From assembly GCA_038734825.1 (NCBI GenBank), contig JAVYOD010000002.1, forward strand, positions 1 through 62,075: DNA of 62,075 bases, given 5' to 3'. The notes beneath the pieces are model-generated. The model was not told the origin of the DNA, ran no database searches, and was given only the letters and a program-made list of their open reading frames with translations. Both the position numbers and the translations under genes were made by a program. Positions 61,151-62,075 of this stretch are shown in pieces. Within the stretch, counting starts at the first letter, position 1; each line of letters starts with the position of its first letter. This DNA comes from Thermoplasmatales archaeon (lineage in GTDB: Archaea; Thermoplasmatota; Thermoplasmata; Thermoplasmatales; GCA-001856825).

Positions 61151-61804
61151 CTAGACGCCGATTTCCCTTACACCACTTTCTCCAGCAACAAGTACAGTTT
61201 TTTTGCCACCAAGAAATAGACCGGACTCAACAACCCCTGTAATTGTTTTTATCTTTCCTTCAAGTGATAAGAGATCTATAGGATCATGTACTGTGCAGTC
61301 ACAGATCAGGTTTCCATTATCCGTTACGAAACCCTCCCTGAGCTTGCAGTGAAGACCTAAGAGTTCAAGGTTCTTCATTGTCGTACGATGACCAAAATGA
61401 ATTATTTCAACTGGTATTCCCCTCTTATCTGGAATACGTGCTACTAGTTTTTCAGCAGTTACAATTACAAGATACTTTCTAGATTTCTTCCACACCATCT
61501 TTTCCCTCGTCAATTGCCCTCCGCCCCCCTTCAGGATATTAAGATCCCCATCGACCTCATCCGCTCCGTCTACCGTTATGTCGATCCAATCAACATCATC
61601 AATATCTACAGTTTTTATTCCAAGCTCTCTTGCGAGATTATCTGAAGAAGTGGAGGTCGCAACTCCAATTATTTTATCCTTAATGGCACTTTTGCCAAGT
61701 TCTCTTATGAATTCAGATGCTGTAGTCCCCGATCCGAGGCCAACTACGTTCCCCTCCCTTATATATTTTAATGCCTCAAGAGCAACCTGATGTTTCCCAT
61801 CCAT
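61151..61804 (-). CDS. rpiA: Ribose-5-phosphate isomerase A
   Basis: GLGSGTTA, DGADEVD, KGGGGQLTREK. Confidence 0.92.
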   Translation of the reverse strand: MDGKHQVALEALKYIREGNVVGLGSGTTASEFIRELGKSAIKDKIIGVATSTSSDNLARELGIKTVDIDDVDWIDITVDGADEVDGDLNILKGGGGQLTREKMVWKKSRKYLVIVTAEKLVARIPDKRGIPVEIIHFGHRTTMKNLELLGLHCKLREGFVTDNGNLICDCTVHDPIDLLSLEGKIKTITGVVESGLFLGGKKTVLVAGESGVREIGV

Positions 61805-62075
61805 CTTAGCACCTTCTGTTTATGCGAATGCATGTGTGAGTTATAATTTTATTTGATGGATAAGTGTAACATTACTTGGATATCTCAAATTATCAACGAA
61901 AATCTGTTATTACGTCTGCAAACTTGTTGAGGTGTTATTTAAGCTGTTTAACGTAAAACTTTCCAAATTTTTCAAATTTTATTGGAAACAGTGCGTTAAC
62001 AGAAAATCTCAGTACTTCGGTACGAATTTCTCGTAACCCATCTTCAGGGTTGTATCATCTATATGTGTGTATATT

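Noticed and set aside
61990-62075. I considered a C/D-box sRNA on the minus strand (gatgata ... ctga ... ctga).
   Set aside because: The C-box candidate is GAUGAUA, not RUGAUGA. The spacing to the first CUGA is only about 5-6 nt, which is too short for a guide.

Overview
This is a 62-kb stretch of a compact, visibly AT-rich archaeal chromosome with about 85 tightly packed genes, many with overlapping stop and start codons. It looks Thermoplasmata-like for three reasons. The complete 16S rRNA gene stands alone with no linked 23S, 5S or tRNA. The large ribosomal-protein cluster has no L34e or L14e between cmk and cbf5. GGTGAT-type Shine-Dalgarno motifs match the 16S 3' tail. This lineage call is inference; I could not run a search.

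Content is overwhelmingly housekeeping:
- tRNA synthetases: serS, asnS, ileS.
- DNA replication and repair: Hel308-type helicase, endonuclease IV, PolD small subunit, radA, class II ribonucleotide reductase.
- Metabolism: two-subunit 2-oxoacid:ferredoxin oxidoreductase, GMP synthase subunit B, gap, pyrF, rpiA.
- Translation and ribosome biogenesis: Elp3, the aIF1A-Rio1-KH triad, and the L44e-S27e-aIF2alpha-Nop10-PAC2 string.
- The full L3-to-L15 ribosomal protein cluster, followed by secY-adk-DUF106-cmk-cbf5.

I saw no CRISPR array, transposase, integrase, tRNA gene or obvious defence island.

The less ordinary parts are:
1. A co-directional minus-strand array: tatC, a crotonase-like gene, a cupredoxin with a degenerate CuA-type motif, a Rieske protein, cytochrome b, and an orphan 469-aa polytopic membrane protein. 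tatA faces its end. No terminal oxidase is in view.
2. An aconitase-X (DUF521 plus DUF126) gene pair whose small subunit is fused to a complete Nudix hydrolase domain.
3. An NMD3 homologue whose essential N-terminal zinc-ribbon is encoded upstream of any ATG, GTG or TTG codon.
4. SecY with an in-frame hydrophobic N-terminal extension.
5. Several small or orphan membrane and winged-helix genes, plus short palindromic or repeat elements in leaders.

Four genes below the ORF-track cut-off were found by eye: Nop10, S14, L29 and a 54-aa orphan.
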